NCBI GenBank assembly: GCA_026981935.1 | Contig: JALSIC010000002.1 | Span: forward strand, 5,281 to 69,280 | DNA length: 64,000 nt | Source of the DNA: Gammaproteobacteria bacterium | GTDB taxonomy: Bacteria; Pseudomonadota; Gammaproteobacteria; SZUA-140 | Direction: 5' to 3' | Part shown: positions 62,797 through 64,000 of the stretch, piece after piece | Position numbering within the stretch: the stretch's first letter is position 1 | Layout of the letters: every line of letters starts with the position of its first letter | The notes under the pieces: generated by a model | Database searches by the model: none | What the model saw: only the letters and a program-made list of their open reading frames with translations | What the model was told of the DNA's origin: nothing | Position numbers and translations under genes: made by a program

Positions 62797-63119
62797 GGAG
62801 CACCTGCCTCCCCGCTGTCGCTCACCACCTCGAACATCTCCAGCACGTTGCGCCCTGCATACATCTCCGGCGGGGTCTGGCGGGCCTTCTCATGGGCACG
62901 GGCGAAGGATTCGCTCCGGGTCCATGCCTCGAAGGCCGCCTTGCTCTCCCACAGCGTCATGACCACGTGATAATCGCTGCTGCCTTCCGCCGGGCGCAGG
63001 ATCAGGTTGCGCACGAATCCCGGCGACTGCTCCACCAGGCCGGCACGATTGCGGAAACGCTCCTCGAAGTCTTCCCAGAATGCCTTGCTGACCGGTATGC
63101 GGTTCATGACGACAAACAT
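62793..63119 (-). CDS. ABM-family monooxygenase, IsdG/MhuD-like
   Basis: MFVVMNRIPV, PGF, LWESKAAFEAW, FARAH; ATGA overlap with cpdA. Confidence 0.82.
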   Translation of the reverse strand: MFVVMNRIPVSKAFWEDFEERFRNRAGLVEQSPGFVRNLILRPAEGSSDYHVVMTLWESKAAFEAWTRSESFARAHEKARQTPPEMYAGRNVLEMFEVVSDSGEAGAP

Positions 63120-63145
63120 GGCGGTTCTCCTCTGTGGATCGTTGC

Positions 63146-63850
63146 TCATTCCCTCCCGCGATCGGTGGCGTCCGCTTTTTCCGCCACCACCTTGTCGCGC
63201 AGGTAGACCGGCAGGGCCTGCGCGGGATCCACGGCCCGGCCCGCACGATAGAGCCCTGCCCCCAGCACGGCAATGTCGCGCGCCCGCGGCAGGGAGTCTC
63301 CCGCCCAGGCGGCGAGCCGCGGTCCAAGGCGCCTTGCCAGGATCTCGCCGTGGCACGCCCAGGCCGTCCCGGCACCGAACCATCCCTTCCCCGGCGGCAC
63401 GGGCACGACCTGCGGGGGACAGACACACTCCTCGCCCACGCATTCCATAACGCCGGCTTCAACCCCGCGATAGATGCCCCAGTACACTTCCCCCATGCGG
63501 GCGTCGATGCCCGCCAGCACGGCCGTCTCGCCCCGCTCGCGAAAGGCGCCATGCGCCAGCGCCGCCAGGGTCGAGACGGGCACCACGGGCAGTTCCGCCC
63601 CCAGGGCGATGCCCTGGGCCACACCGGCGGCGATGCGCAGGCCGGTGAACGCGCCGGGACCGCGCCCGAAGGCGAGGGCGTCCAGGCGCGAGAGGCTCAG
63701 CCCCGCCTCGTCCAGGAGCGACTCCAGCATGGGCAGCACCAGTTCGGCATGACGCCGGGGCGCGACTTCGTAGCGCTCCAGCACCTCCCCCTCCACCAGC
63801 AGGGCGGCGGAACAGGCCTCCGTGGCGGTATCCAGGGCCAGCAGCCTCAC
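63146..63850 (-). CDS. tsaB: t6A biosynthesis protein TsaB
   Basis: LALDTATE, GPGAFTGLRI, DARMGEVY, PVYLR; GTG 63850. Confidence 0.95.
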   Translation of the reverse strand: MRLLALDTATEACSAALLVEGEVLERYEVAPRRHAELVLPMLESLLDEAGLSLSRLDALAFGRGPGAFTGLRIAAGVAQGIALGAELPVVPVSTLAALAHGAFRERGETAVLAGIDARMGEVYWGIYRGVEAGVMECVGEECVCPPQVVPVPPGKGWFGAGTAWACHGEILARRLGPRLAAWAGDSLPRARDIAVLGAGLYRAGRAVDPAQALPVYLRDKVVAEKADATDRGRE

Positions 63851-64000
63851 GCCCCCGCCGCCCCCGCCCGTCTTTCCGGCAATGCCGCGAAAAAGGCCTC
63901 CACGTCCGCCAGGTCGCGGCTGCGCGGCATGGGCGGCAGGTTGGCGAGAAAGGTCCGCCCGTAGGGACGGCTCAAGAGACGCGGGTCGCACAGCACGAGC
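63847..64000 (-). CDS. yoaA: DinG/YoaA-family helicase, C-terminal end (partial)
   Basis: Manual translation LVLCDPRLLSRPYGRTFLANLPPM; yoaA-tsaB synteny, GTGA overlap. Confidence 0.8.
   Translation of the reverse strand, partial: LVLCDPRLLSRPYGRTFLANLPPMPRSRDLADVEAFFAALPERRAGAAGA

Overview
High-GC Gammaproteobacterial chromosome segment; the 14-gene nuo operon and the tpiA-secG-tRNA-Leu-nuoA synteny suggest a Chromatiales-like lineage (inference). Core blocks: smc (partial); surE-pcm-yqaA-nlpD; nuoA-N; tRNA-Leu(GAG); carA-carB-greA-yhbY-rlmE-ftsH-folP-glmM-tpiA-secG; yoaA-tsaB-(ABM)-cpdA-HIT. There are two accessory-type regions. The first (2.5-16.7 kb) holds slyD, LOG, a small ion channel, DUF proteins, a sulfotransferase, a U32/TrhP protein, NUDIX, a 3x35-aa repeat secreted protein, an atypical kinase/PP2C/GGDEF cluster, a MITE-like element and an unknown outer-membrane protein. 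The second (47-61.5 kb) holds two OM barrels, NfeD/SPFH, a PhoPQ-like system, cytochrome c, a lexA-dinB cassette and a glycerol-kinase-like/GDPD/GlpD-like operon. The most notable observation is a non-canonical lexA-dinB cassette whose sigma70-like promoter spacer is filled by an alphaproteobacterial-type GTTC-N7-GTTC SOS box, probably giving a leaderless transcript. Other highlights are a 281-bp TA-flanked MITE-like element, a 123-bp tandem duplication splitting nuoA from nuoB, dispersed heptamer microsatellites invading gene ends, GTAG-type REP doublets and a candidate sRNA or hairpin-locked mini-ORF. No CRISPR array, prophage, integrase or transposase was seen. All family assignments come from motif recognition, not database searches.
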